Shown here in pieces: positions 20,427 to 30,510 of a stretch of DNA of 64,000 bases (position 1 is the stretch's first letter; every line of letters begins with the position of its first letter). Both the position numbers and the translations under genes were made by a program. Where the stretch lies: positions 3,008,001-3,072,000 of the forward strand of contig OZ243956.1 of the NCBI GenBank assembly GCA_965214405.1, given 5' to 3'. Origin of the DNA: Trueperaceae bacterium. Its GTDB lineage: Bacteria > Deinococcota > Deinococci > Deinococcales > Trueperaceae. The notes below the pieces were generated by a model. The model did no database searches and had not been told where the DNA came from. It was given only the letters and a program-made list of their open reading frames with translations.

Positions 20427-20906
20427 GTGACAGTCTTTGCCCTCACCGTTTTCACGCTTCTCTACCTCGTGAGTCTTGCCGGAATCATCCTGCCCGTCTT
20501 GCCCGGCGTGCCGGTGGCTGCGGTCGGCGCGCTTTTAGCGGGATGGATGACCGGCTTTGAAGAGTTAGGAGCCGCCAGCATCCTCTGGGTGGTGGGTCTG
20601 GCGGTGCTTTCACAGGTGCTCGATTACGTGGCGGGGGTGGTGGGAGCCAAACGCTTTGGGGCGAGCCGGGCGGGGGTCTGGGGGAGCGTGATTGGCTCCC
20701 TGGTGGGCGTGATTTGGTTTCCGCCTTTTGGCTTTCTCTTGGGTGCGCTTGTGGGCGCGGTGGTGGCCGAAATCGTCAACCGCCGCACGCTTCAGGATTC
20801 GGTGCGCTCGGGGGTGGGGGCGCTGTTGGGGACGCTCGGCGGGGTGGTCGCCAAGTTTTTTATCGTCATTGCCATCGGGATGATCGTGTTTCCGCGGCTC
20901 TTTTAG
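20427..20906 (+). CDS. DUF456 membrane protein
   Basis: GIILPVLPG, GAKRFGASRAG..GS..G. Confidence 0.88.
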   Translation: MTVFALTVFTLLYLVSLAGIILPVLPGVPVAAVGALLAGWMTGFEELGAASILWVVGLAVLSQVLDYVAGVVGAKRFGASRAGVWGSVIGSLVGVIWFPPFGFLLGALVGAVVAEIVNRRTLQDSVRSGVGALLGTLGGVVAKFFIVIAIGMIVFPRLF

Positions 20907-21157
20907 CGTTTGGTCAAGTTCTGCTATCCCAAGATTTCTACACCACGAATTTTTCACACCCAAACCTCATAGCCAAAAGCGCGGCGCAAAGCATATACTG
21001 GGTGCGTTTGTGACTCGGCTCGAGTCCCCACGCCCCGCTCATCAACCTTGGTTAAACCTCAGTAAACCTTGGTGGTGGTTCAGGGTGAGTGTGGTGATAG
21101 GCGCGTAAGCTCGAGCCCACCAAAAGAGAAACTGCAAGAGAAGACGAAAGGGAATGT

Positions 21158-22114
21158 ATGGACCCCATCATGCTCCAACTCGGACCGCTGGCGCTCCGCT
21201 GGTACGGTTTTCTTATCGCCCTGGGCGTGCTGATTGGCACCTACTACGCGACCAAACTCGCCGAAAAGCGTGGGCTAGACCCCGAAAAGCTCCTCGACAT
21301 GCTCGTGTACTTGGTGCTCGCGGGCATCATCGGTGCGCGTCTGGTCTATGTGCTCACCTCGCCGAGCGCGTTTTTTGGCCCCGGCGGCAACCCGCTCTCG
21401 GCGTTTTATATCTGGCAGGGCGGCATCTCGTTTCACGGGGGCGTGCTGGGCATCGTGCTGGCGGTGTGGATTTACGCGCGCATCCACAGAATTAACATGT
21501 GGGCGTACTTAGACGTAATGATGCCTACCGCGGCCTTTGGCATTATCGGCGGGCGGCTCGGCAATTTTATGAACGGCACCGACACGGGCGGGCGCTTGAC
21601 GGATTGGCCCGTCGGCTTTACCTGGCCCGCGCCGGGCACCGACACCTTGGGCGCGTTTGGCCGTTTCGTGTTCGGCAGGGACTTGTGGACCTCGTTTAGA
21701 GGGATTTGTATCCTCCCCAATGAAATTGTTTACAACACCACTCAGGCGGTGTGTACCGGCGACTACGTGCGCGGCCCCGTCCACCTAACCCAGTTCTACG
21801 GCGTGATTATCGGCGTCATCCTCATTTTCACGACCTTCTGGGCGCTCTCGCGCCGCCGCGCGCCGGGTTACGTGTTTTGGCATTTCGTTCTCTGGTACTC
21901 GGTTTTGCGCTCCGTGCTGGAAGAGACCTTCCGCGACAACCCGCTCTCCTGGAATCTTTATCTGTCTGAGGGTCTGAGAGAACCCGGCATCGGCCTTTTC
22001 ACGCTCACGCAGCTTGTGAGTATCCCCATTATTTTGGTGGCGCTCTACATGCTCCTGACGCTCTCGAGCGAAACCGACACAGGGCGCACGCGTCTCGAGA
22101 CCCGCAGGCGGTGA
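21158..22114 (+). CDS. lgt: Prolipoprotein diacylglyceryl transferase
   Basis: LRWYG, GARLVYV, GGISFHGG, GRLGNFMN, VHLTQFY. Confidence 0.96.
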   Translation: MDPIMLQLGPLALRWYGFLIALGVLIGTYYATKLAEKRGLDPEKLLDMLVYLVLAGIIGARLVYVLTSPSAFFGPGGNPLSAFYIWQGGISFHGGVLGIVLAVWIYARIHRINMWAYLDVMMPTAAFGIIGGRLGNFMNGTDTGGRLTDWPVGFTWPAPGTDTLGAFGRFVFGRDLWTSFRGICILPNEIVYNTTQAVCTGDYVRGPVHLTQFYGVIIGVILIFTTFWALSRRRAPGYVFWHFVLWYSVLRSVLEETFRDNPLSWNLYLSEGLREPGIGLFTLTQLVSIPIILVALYMLLTLSSETDTGRTRLETRRR

Positions 22115-23097
22115 GCGCCGCACCCCCAGCCGCTCCACTCGCTGTGGTCGTCCTGGCGGCGGGCCAGGGCACGCGCATGAAGTCCGCTTTGCCCAAGCCC
22201 CTGCACGAGGCGGCGGGCCGCCCGCTGGTCGAGCACGTGGTGCGCGCGGCGCTGCCTTTAGAACCCGACAAGCTCATCGTGGTGGTTGGGCACGGGGCAG
22301 AGCTTGTCAAGGCGCGGTTGGATGAGTATCCCATGACCTTTGTGACCCAAACCGAGCAACGGGGCACGGGGCACGCGCTGCTCGAGGCCAAGGGGGCATT
22401 ACAAGATTTTGAGGGCCGCATTCTGGTCCTTAACGGCGACGGCCCCCTGCTCCGCACCGAGACGCTGCGCGCGCTTCTGGAGACGCCCGGCTCGAGCGGC
22501 GGCATGTCCCTCCTCGTCTGCGAGGTCGCGGACCCGACCGGCTTGGGGCGCATCGTCCGGGAGGAGGGTTCGGGGGACGTGACGCGCATCGCCGAGGAAA
22601 AGGACGCGACGCCCCTTGAAAAAGAGATTCGGGAGGTGAATCCGGGTATCTATCTGTTCGGCCCGGAGGTGTTCGCGCTGGCGGGGGGGCTCTCGAGCGC
22701 CAACGCCGCCGGAGAATACTACCTCACCGACTTGGTGAGCCTCTATCTGGCGGCGGGCCGCGCGGTGCGGGCGGTGCGCGTAGACGACGAGACGGAGGTC
22801 TTGGGCGTCAACGACCGCCGTCACCTCGCGCACATCGACCGCTTGCTGCGTGAGCGCGTCCGCGACCGCTGGCTCTTGGCGGGCGTGACGATGATAGCCC
22901 CCGAGCAGATTTTTATCGACGACACGGTCCTCTTGGCACCCGACGTGACGCTCTACCCCGGCGTGTGGCTGCGGGGCGAAACGGTGGTGGGGGGCGGCGC
23001 GGTGGTGGGGCCTTATGCGCACCTCGAGAACTGCCGCGTCGCCGAGGGCGCGGTGGTCGCGCCGCACACGGTCATGCGAAACGAGCACATCACCTGA
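22111..23097 (+). CDS. glmU: GlmU-like N-acetylglucosamine-1-phosphate uridyltransferase lacking most of the acetyltransferase domain
   Basis: LAAGQGTRMKS..PKPLH, GTGHA, EYYLTD, GVND; stops at 328 aa after the first hexapeptide turns. Confidence 0.8.
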   Translation: MSAAPPAAPLAVVVLAAGQGTRMKSALPKPLHEAAGRPLVEHVVRAALPLEPDKLIVVVGHGAELVKARLDEYPMTFVTQTEQRGTGHALLEAKGALQDFEGRILVLNGDGPLLRTETLRALLETPGSSGGMSLLVCEVADPTGLGRIVREEGSGDVTRIAEEKDATPLEKEIREVNPGIYLFGPEVFALAGGLSSANAAGEYYLTDLVSLYLAAGRAVRAVRVDDETEVLGVNDRRHLAHIDRLLRERVRDRWLLAGVTMIAPEQIFIDDTVLLAPDVTLYPGVWLRGETVVGGGAVVGPYAHLENCRVAEGAVVAPHTVMRNEHIT

Positions 23098-23125
23098 GGC
23101 CCCAATTTTTGTTAAAGAGTTGACC

Positions 23126-23214
23126 AAAAAAAGAGGAGCACCGGTCCTCGCAACAACGTAGGGGCTGATGATGGCGAGAGAGCGTCGTGGATAGTGTTGA
23201 CCGGTGCTCTTTTT
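23126..23214. other. Long-loop inverted repeat with A/T tails (terminator or small structured RNA)
   Basis: GAGCACCGGTC 23136-23146 pairs with GACCGGTGCTC 23199-23209. Confidence 0.5.
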
Positions 23215-23335
23215 AGAGGATACGAGCGGGGCGCTTACAGAATTCTTACTCCTACGGGTGACGCTGCTTCTTGTGAAGTTTCTTGCAGACACACCCGGTT
23301 CTGTACTCTAAAACCCAATTCTGCTACTCTAAAGG

Positions 23336-24652
23336 ATGAACAAACGTAAGCTTTTACTCACCAGTCTGCTGGCGTTCGGCGGTGTGGCTCTGGCCTTCTG
23401 CGGCTTCTACGTCGCCAAGGCCGACACGGAACTCTTTAACGAAACCTCAAAGGTCGTGATTGCCAAGGACGGCCCCCGCACCATCCTGACGATGGCGAAC
23501 GACTTTTCGGGCGACGTCGAGGACTTCGCGCTCGTCGTGCCCGTGCCGACCGTTCTTACCCAGGAGCAAATCCAAGTGGGCGATTTGAGCACGCTGGAGC
23601 GTTTGGACGCCTACAGCGCGCCCAGACTCGTCGAGTATTTTGACGATGACCCTTGTGCGCTGCAGATGGCCGAGGATTCGGAGGAATCCCTTTCAGCTCC
23701 CATGCCTGCGTCGGCTCAAGCAAGAGCCAACGCGCTGGGCGTCACCATCGAAGAGGCGTTTTCGGTCGGCGAGTACGACATCTTGATTTTGAGCGCCGAA
23801 GAATCCGAGGGGCTCACAACCTGGCTCATTCAGAACGGCTACGTATTACCCGAAGCGGTCGTGCCCGTACTGCAACGCTACATCCAGCAGGGGATGAAGT
23901 TCTTTGTGGCGCGGGTGAATTTAGAGGCGTTCGAGGCGAGCGGTTATGAGTACCTGCGCCCCCTCATCATGGCCTTCGAGAGCGAACGCTTCATGCTCCC
24001 CATCCAACTCGGTATGGTCAACGCGCGCGGGCCGCAGGACTTGGTCGTCTACCTGCTGTCGCCACAAGGCCGCGTCGAGACGACGAACTATCCCGTGGTC
24101 ACCATCCCCACCGACGTAACCCTGCCGGAATACGTCGAAGACGACTTCGGCGCGTTCTACCGCGCGATGTTCGAGCGGGCTTATGAGCGCGAAGGGCGGG
24201 ACGCGGTCTTTTTAGAGTACGCCTGGGACATGGCCTGGTGTGACCCCTGCGCCGCCGACCCGCTCTCGCCCGAGGAACTGCGCCGCGCCGGGGTGTTCTG
24301 GTTGGACGAGAGGGCGGACATGGGCGCGCCGAACGTCTACCTCACCCGGCTACACGTGCGCTACACGCCTGAGGAGTTCCCCGAAGACCTGATGTTTAGA
24401 ACGACCAATAACCGCGACAACTTTCAGGGGCGCTACGTCCTGCAACGCCCCTTTGAGGGTGAACTGACCTGCGCGGAGGGCGAGGCGTATGTTGAGCAGG
24501 TGCGGGAGCGCCGCGAGGAGGAGGCGAAGAGGCTCGCCAACCTTACGGGTTGGGACGTCGCCGAGGTTCGCGCGCAGGTAGGTGACTTTGACCCGGCTAT
24601 TACGGTCGCGCCCTGGTGGGAGCGGGTCTTCGACTCGTTTGAGCGTCCGTGA
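23336..24652 (+). CDS. DUF2330 domain secreted protein
   Basis: Signal peptide then FCGFYV, FALVVPVP, SAPRLVEY, LTRLH. Confidence 0.9.
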   Translation: MNKRKLLLTSLLAFGGVALAFCGFYVAKADTELFNETSKVVIAKDGPRTILTMANDFSGDVEDFALVVPVPTVLTQEQIQVGDLSTLERLDAYSAPRLVEYFDDDPCALQMAEDSEESLSAPMPASAQARANALGVTIEEAFSVGEYDILILSAEESEGLTTWLIQNGYVLPEAVVPVLQRYIQQGMKFFVARVNLEAFEASGYEYLRPLIMAFESERFMLPIQLGMVNARGPQDLVVYLLSPQGRVETTNYPVVTIPTDVTLPEYVEDDFGAFYRAMFERAYEREGRDAVFLEYAWDMAWCDPCAADPLSPEELRRAGVFWLDERADMGAPNVYLTRLHVRYTPEEFPEDLMFRTTNNRDNFQGRYVLQRPFEGELTCAEGEAYVEQVRERREEEAKRLANLTGWDVAEVRAQVGDFDPAITVAPWWERVFDSFERP

Positions 24653-25944
24653 CCCAGGTAGATATGACTCAGGCCGACAGGACCCGAACGGGCACGAAAG
24701 AAAAGCTCGAGACCCTTTCAGCAGAATACAGCGCGCTCAAGGCGCTCAAGCTAGACCTCAACATGCAGCGCGGTCAGCCGAGCGATGAAGACCTGGACTT
24801 GTCGAACCCTATGCTCACTATTTTGGGACCCGAAGACGTCATCACCCAGCGCGGCACCGACGTTCGCAACTATGGGGGCGGCGTGGCAGGTCTGCCCGAG
24901 GCGCGCGAACTCTTTGCCGAAGTCTTGGGCGTGACGCCCGACGAGACGATGGTGGGGGACAGCTCGAGCCTCGCGCTCATGTCGAACGTGCTCATGTGGG
25001 CGCTGCTGCGCGGGCTGCGGGGCAGCGAGCGGCCTTGGGGTGGGGACGCACCCCAAATCATCATGACCGTCCCTGGCTACGACCGCCACTTCACCCTGCT
25101 CAAAAAACTGGGCTTCGGTCTCGTCACGGTCGCAATGACGCCCGCTGGACCCGACTTGGACGCGGTCGAACGGCTGGCTAAAAACCCTTTCGTCAAGGGC
25201 ATGTTCTTTGTCCCAACCTACAGCAACCCCACGGGCGACACCATCTCACAAGAAAACGTGCGGCGACTCGCGCGTATGGACACGGGGGCACGCGACTTCA
25301 CCGTGTTTGCCGACGACGCCTACCGGGTGCATCACCTCACCGACCAGCCGCCGGAACCTGTGAACCTGTTAGAAGCCTGCAAAGCGGCGGGCTGTCCGGA
25401 CCGCGTCATCCTTTTCGGCTCGACCTCGAAAATCACCTTTGCGGGGGCGGGGCTCGCATTTTTGGGCTCGAGCGCCCACAACATCACCTATTTGTCCGGG
25501 CTCATGAGCGCGCAGTCCATCGGCCCCAACAAGGTCGAACAGCTCCGGCACGTTAAATTTTTGCGGCGCTACCCTGGCGGCATCCCTGGGTTGATGAGAG
25601 ACCACGCAAAACGCCTCAAACCCAAGTTCGACGCGGTGCAGGAGGTGTTGACGCGTGAACTCGGCGGGACGGGCTTGGCCTCCTGGAGCACGCCGCAAGG
25701 AGGCTATTTCGTCTCTTTGGACACCACCCGGCCCGTGGCCGAGCGCGTCGTGGCGCTCGCCAGAGAGGCGGACGTCGCGCTCACCCCCGCGGGCGCGACC
25801 TTTCCCGACGGCGACCCGGAGAACCGCAACATCCGCCTCGCGCCGTCGCGTCCGCCCGTGGAGGAGGTGCGGCAGGCGATGGCGGTGGTGGCGCTCTGCG
25901 TCAAACTCGCCTCGGCGGAGTGGGACGCCGAGCGGCGGGGGTAA
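24649..25944 (+). CDS. PLP-dependent aminotransferase (actinobacterial AspAT-like)
   Basis: RGQPS, PGYDRHF, YSNPTG, DDAY, STSKIT, RLAPS. Confidence 0.9.
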   Translation: MTQVDMTQADRTRTGTKEKLETLSAEYSALKALKLDLNMQRGQPSDEDLDLSNPMLTILGPEDVITQRGTDVRNYGGGVAGLPEARELFAEVLGVTPDETMVGDSSSLALMSNVLMWALLRGLRGSERPWGGDAPQIIMTVPGYDRHFTLLKKLGFGLVTVAMTPAGPDLDAVERLAKNPFVKGMFFVPTYSNPTGDTISQENVRRLARMDTGARDFTVFADDAYRVHHLTDQPPEPVNLLEACKAAGCPDRVILFGSTSKITFAGAGLAFLGSSAHNITYLSGLMSAQSIGPNKVEQLRHVKFLRRYPGGIPGLMRDHAKRLKPKFDAVQEVLTRELGGTGLASWSTPQGGYFVSLDTTRPVAERVVALAREADVALTPAGATFPDGDPENRNIRLAPSRPPVEEVRQAMAVVALCVKLASAEWDAERRG

Positions 25945-25987
25945 AAGGCCGAAGGTTCTGGTAAAAAAGTAGAGTGTGAGGAGCCCT

Positions 25988-27250
25988 ATGAAGATTAGCG
26001 CGCTACGCATAACACCCGTCGCCATCAAAGACCCGCCGCTGCTCAACTCGACCGGGGTGCATCAACCCTACGCGCTGCGGACCGTGATTGAACTCGAGAC
26101 TGACACAGCGCACATCGGCCTGAGCGAAAGTCACGGCGGCAGTGAGATGCTGCGAAGTTTAGACGCCGCCAGAGAAGCCGTCATCGGGCTCGACCCCTTC
26201 GACCTCAACGGCCTCATGGCGCGGCTCAAAAAGGTGGTGGCGAACACGGCGGACGCGGGCCTTTCGCTCGCGCCGGGGACGCACGGCGACAAACTTCTTA
26301 TGAGGGTGTTCGGCGCGCTCGAGGTGGCCTGTCTCGACTTACAAGGTAAAATTTTGGGTCGGTCCGTGGTTGACCTCCTGGGCGGCGCGGTGCGCGAGCG
26401 GGTGCCCTACAGCGCCTATCTTTTTTTCAAGTTTGAACGCCATAAGGACAGCCCCGGCTACGCGCCCGACCCCTGGGGCGAGGTGCTCACGCCTGAAGCG
26501 GTCGTTGAGGAGGCGCGGGCGATGGTTGAGGCGCACGGCTTTGGCTCTATCAAGCTCAAGGGCGGCGTGCTCGAGCCCGCCCTGGAAGTCGAGGCGATGA
26601 AACTTCTCCGTGAGGCTTTTCCGGCCCACCCGTTACGCATCGACCCGAACGCGGCCTGGACGGTTGAGACGAGCATCGAGGTGGGTAAGGGGCTTAACGG
26701 GACGCTCGAGTATCTAGAAGACCCGACGCCCGGTCTTACGGGCATGGCGGCGGTGGCGCGGGAGGTCTCAATGCCCTTAGCGACCAACATGGTGGTGACG
26801 AAGTTTAACGATCTACCGGAAGCCATCAACAGAGGTTCCGTCGGCGTCGTTTTGTCCGACCATCACTACTGGGGCGGGCTCCGCGCCAGTCAACACCTAG
26901 CGGCTATTTGTGCGACGTGGGGACTCGGGCTGTCGATGCACTCGAACTCTCACCTTGGGATAAGCTTGGCGGCGATGACGCATCTCGCTTTGAACGTGCC
27001 CAACCTCACCTACGCCTGCGACACGCATTATCCGTGGCAGGAGGAGGACGTCTTGGAGGGGGGAAGGTTGAGGTTTGAGGAGGGGGCGTTGACCGTTCCA
27101 GCGGGACCCGGCCTCGGAGTCACGCTTGACCAAGACGCGCTCGAGAAGCTCCACCGGCAGTATCTGCGCTGCGGCTTTGAAGATAGAGATGACAAGGGGG
27201 AGATGCGGAAGTACGAACCCGACTGGGTGGGGGCGCTGCCGAGGTTTTAA
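25988..27250 (+). CDS. Glucarate dehydratase-like enolase superfamily protein
   Basis: KLKGGV, RIDPN, YLEDP, LATN, MHSNSH. Confidence 0.9.
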   Translation: MKISALRITPVAIKDPPLLNSTGVHQPYALRTVIELETDTAHIGLSESHGGSEMLRSLDAAREAVIGLDPFDLNGLMARLKKVVANTADAGLSLAPGTHGDKLLMRVFGALEVACLDLQGKILGRSVVDLLGGAVRERVPYSAYLFFKFERHKDSPGYAPDPWGEVLTPEAVVEEARAMVEAHGFGSIKLKGGVLEPALEVEAMKLLREAFPAHPLRIDPNAAWTVETSIEVGKGLNGTLEYLEDPTPGLTGMAAVAREVSMPLATNMVVTKFNDLPEAINRGSVGVVLSDHHYWGGLRASQHLAAICATWGLGLSMHSNSHLGISLAAMTHLALNVPNLTYACDTHYPWQEEDVLEGGRLRFEEGALTVPAGPGLGVTLDQDALEKLHRQYLRCGFEDRDDKGEMRKYEPDWVGALPRF

Positions 27251-27312
27251 CGGCTATTTGCTCGCGTAAGTCAACATTGACCGTTCGTAGCCGCGACAAA
27301 AGAGAGGCGGAG

Positions 27313-28266
27313 ATGCAAAAAATTTGGTTTGAACGCGAGCGAATGGGGGGCCACGACGCCCTCTTCGCAGCCGTCGCCGAGGCGATAGGCCCCGGCACCG
27401 ACGCCGAGCCGCTACGCGGTATCGAAGAGGCGAACGGCATTATCGCGGGGGGGCTCCCCTACACCGCTCACGTCATGGACAGAGCGCCCAACTTGAAAGT
27501 CATCGCGCGCTTAGGCATCGGCGTGGACAAGGTCGACGTGGCCGCCGCCACGGCGCGCGGTATCGCCGTCGTCAATACCCCCGACGCGCCAAGCGTGCCC
27601 ACCGCCGAGCAGACGATGATGCTGCTCTTGGCGGTTGCCAAACGCCTCAAGCCGTCCGAAGGGCGTTTGCGCGCTGGCGAGGGCGCGTTTCACGCGCGGC
27701 ACGATGCGGTGGAACTCGCGGGCAAAACGTTGGGCCTAGTCGGGTTCGGGCGCATCGCCCGCTTGGTGGCGACGATGGCGCAGGGTTTTGCAATGAACGT
27801 TATCGCCTTCGACCCTTTTATTGACGCCGCTGTGGCGGAACGGGCCGGGGTCGAACACGTGAGCAGCTTAGGCGACCTCCTTAGCCGGGCCGACGTGGTG
27901 AGCACGCACACGCCGCTCCTCCCCGAAACGCGGCATTTGATGAACAGGCAAACTTTTGCCAAGATGAAGCGGGGGGGTATCTTTATCAACGCGGGGCGCG
28001 GCGGTCTGGTGGACGAGGCGGCGCTTTTGGAAGCCGTCAAGAGCGGGCACCTGTTCGGCGCTGGCCTCGACGTGACCGACCCCGAGCCCCCGAGGTTGAA
28101 CAATGAACTCTTGCACCTCGAGAACGTCGTGGTCACGCCGCACGTGGCCTCGGCGACGCCCGAAGGCAAAACGCGGATGTTTGTGGGGGCGTTGGCGCAG
28201 GTGGTTCAGGTTCTCAAGGGGGAACGCCCGGCGCATCTGGTCAATCCCGAAGTGTGGAAGGGGTGA
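27313..28266 (+). CDS. D-2-hydroxyacid dehydrogenase
   Basis: GLVGFGRIA, INAGRG, LDV..EP, TPHVA. Confidence 0.93.
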   Translation: MQKIWFERERMGGHDALFAAVAEAIGPGTDAEPLRGIEEANGIIAGGLPYTAHVMDRAPNLKVIARLGIGVDKVDVAAATARGIAVVNTPDAPSVPTAEQTMMLLLAVAKRLKPSEGRLRAGEGAFHARHDAVELAGKTLGLVGFGRIARLVATMAQGFAMNVIAFDPFIDAAVAERAGVEHVSSLGDLLSRADVVSTHTPLLPETRHLMNRQTFAKMKRGGIFINAGRGGLVDEAALLEAVKSGHLFGAGLDVTDPEPPRLNNELLHLENVVVTPHVASATPEGKTRMFVGALAQVVQVLKGERPAHLVNPEVWKG

Positions 28267-28357
28267 CGGTTTATGCTGTTTCGGAAGTTGGGGCTTGGTG
28301 GCGCTCTGAGTAAGCGTAGAAAACAACGTCCTCTTCCAGCAAAGACGTTATTCACCT

Positions 28358-28381
28358 AGCAAGGGGTTGCAACCCCTTGCT
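28358..28381. repeat. Perfect 24-bp palindrome between convergent genes (REP-like or terminator)
   Basis: AGCAAGGGGTTG|CAACCCCTTGCT. Confidence 0.8.
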
Positions 28382-28406
28382 CTCGAGCTTCGACTACCAC
28401 CCCGAC

Positions 28407-30347
28407 TTAGCCCTTGACACTACCGAGCGTCAAACCTTCAACGAGATAACGCTGAGCGTAAATGTACACGAGCATGACCGGAATCGCCATCAGCAGCGAG
28501 GCGGCCATGAGTTGACCCCAGGGGTAAACGTCACCGAAGACGAGGAGTTGCAGGCCCACGGGCAGCGTTTTCAAATTCTCGCTGGTGATAAAGACAAACG
28601 CGAACAAAAACTCGTTCCAGGCGTTCGTAAACGCGAACAGCGTGACCGACAAGAGCGCGGGCGCGGCTAACGGCAAGGTGATGCGCCAAAAGGCGATGAG
28701 CCTGTTCGCCCCGTCTATCATGGCGGCCTCCTCGAGCTCTTCTGGAATGGAGCGAAAATAGCCCAGCATCACCCAGGTCGCAAAGGGCAGCAAAAAGGTC
28801 GGGTAGGTGACAATGAGCGCGGCGTAGGTGTTGATGATGCCGAGCTGGGTCAGCGTCTGGTAGAGCGGGATAAAAAGAAGCGCGCTGGGCAGCAAATACG
28901 TGACCAGCAGCAACACGGTGAGCGTGCCCGCGCCCAAAAACTTAAACCGCGCCAGCGCGTAGGCGGCGAGCGCCGACAAGACGACGGAAATCGCGGTGCT
29001 GACGGTCGCCACGATGACCGTGTTGCGAAACCAGGTCAAGAAGGGCGTGTCAAAAAGCAAGTCTCTAACCTGCTGGAACGTCCAGGGCCGCGGCCAGTAA
29101 ATCGAGGTGAACTGCTGAATCTGTAGGTCGGTCTTGAATGAAGTAATAAAAATCCAGTAGAAGGGAAAGAGGACAAACAGGAGCAGGGGCAGCAGCAAGA
29201 CTAAGCGCAGCCCCGTCCCCAGCCGCTCGCGCTGCGCCCGCTTGAGCGGTGGCCTATTGCGGCGCGCGGCCTTGGCGAAGGCGTTGAAGCCGTTCGACAG
29301 CCACTCGAGCGGCAAAAACACCAGGTCGAGCAGCAGGCCGAAAATGCGCCCTATGGGGCTAAACACACGCTCCCAAAACCCCACCTTACGCGGGCCGTGA
29401 CCGCCCCCGTCGCTCAGCATAAAGCGCCCCAGGAGGGCGATAAACACAGCCAGCAGCGGGGCCATGCTAAACGCCGTGGCGATGCCCGGCCCGAAGCGCA
29501 AGCCGATAATCGCTTTTTCGTAGGCGAGAATCGAGTACACGCGCGTCGCGCCGCCCGGACCGCCCCCGGTCATCAGGAAAATAAGCCCAAAGGTATTAAA
29601 GGTCGAAATAAACGAGAGGAGCAGCGTCACCGCGATGACGTAGCGCAGGCCCGGCAGGGTGATGTGGCGGAAGCGCTGTAAGGGCGTGGCCCCGTCGACC
29701 TCGGCGGCCTCGAGCAACTCCCCCGGAATTGACTTGAGCCCTGCCAAGAGCAAGATGGTATAGAAGGGAATCCCCTTCCACACGTTTACCGCAATCACGC
29801 TGGGCAGCGCCAGGGACGGCTCGGAGAGCCAGGCCACCGGGCGGTTGATAATCCCGAGGCCCTGCAAAATCGGGTTGAGCCCGCCAAAAATGGGGTCGTA
29901 GATGCTGCGCCAGGCGAGGGCCGTGACCACCTCCGGCGCAATCCAGGGTAGCAGCATCACACCCGTCAGGACACCGCGAAAAGGCAGGCGGCTGTTTAAG
30001 AGCAGCGCGATGCCCAAGCCCACAACAAATTTGACGGCCAAGGAAAAAACGGTAAACCACACCGTCACGCTTATCGAACTTCTATAGTCGCTGTCGCCCC
30101 ACAACCGGACGTAGTTCCGAAACCCCACGAACTGCTCTTGCCCGGTCACGAACGAGCGCACCGTCAGGCTGCTCAACAGCGCGTTGACGAAGGGCCAGAG
30201 GATAAGCCCCGCCATGATGATGACGACGGGCAAAACGAAGGGCAGCGCCACCTTCCAGTCGCGGCCCAAAAAGCCCTCGAGCCGCCGAGCCCTTGCCCGG
30301 CGAGGTCGGATGAGCGGTGGCGTGTTCTGTCTGGCGCGTTCGTCCAC
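28407..30347 (-). CDS. Fused carbohydrate ABC permease (MalF-like plus MalG-like)
   Basis: Two EAA loops: ELLEAAEVDGA and ELEEAAMIDGA; ends EGLTLGSVKG. Confidence 0.92.
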   Translation of the reverse strand: MDERARQNTPPLIRPRRARARRLEGFLGRDWKVALPFVLPVVIIMAGLILWPFVNALLSSLTVRSFVTGQEQFVGFRNYVRLWGDSDYRSSISVTVWFTVFSLAVKFVVGLGIALLLNSRLPFRGVLTGVMLLPWIAPEVVTALAWRSIYDPIFGGLNPILQGLGIINRPVAWLSEPSLALPSVIAVNVWKGIPFYTILLLAGLKSIPGELLEAAEVDGATPLQRFRHITLPGLRYVIAVTLLLSFISTFNTFGLIFLMTGGGPGGATRVYSILAYEKAIIGLRFGPGIATAFSMAPLLAVFIALLGRFMLSDGGGHGPRKVGFWERVFSPIGRIFGLLLDLVFLPLEWLSNGFNAFAKAARRNRPPLKRAQRERLGTGLRLVLLLPLLLFVLFPFYWIFITSFKTDLQIQQFTSIYWPRPWTFQQVRDLLFDTPFLTWFRNTVIVATVSTAISVVLSALAAYALARFKFLGAGTLTVLLLVTYLLPSALLFIPLYQTLTQLGIINTYAALIVTYPTFLLPFATWVMLGYFRSIPEELEEAAMIDGANRLIAFWRITLPLAAPALLSVTLFAFTNAWNEFLFAFVFITSENLKTLPVGLQLLVFGDVYPWGQLMAASLLMAIPVMLVYIYAQRYLVEGLTLGSVKG

Positions 30348-30468
30348 AGCGGGCCTCTTCTGGGTTGGTTGAGGTTATTGGCTTGGGTGAATTGGTTCTC
30401 GAGGGACCAGGAAAAGGAAGTAAGGGGTAAAAAGGATTTGGAGTAGTTTCGGTTAGTCAACGACATCA

Positions 30469-30503
30469 GGAGAAAGGGAAAAAATCATCTTCACCCTTTC
30501 TCC
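30469..30503 (-). terminator. Intercistronic hairpin after the SBP gene
   Basis: GGAGAAAGGG ... CCCTTTCTCC stem. Confidence 0.55.
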
Positions 30504-30510
30504 GGTCACG

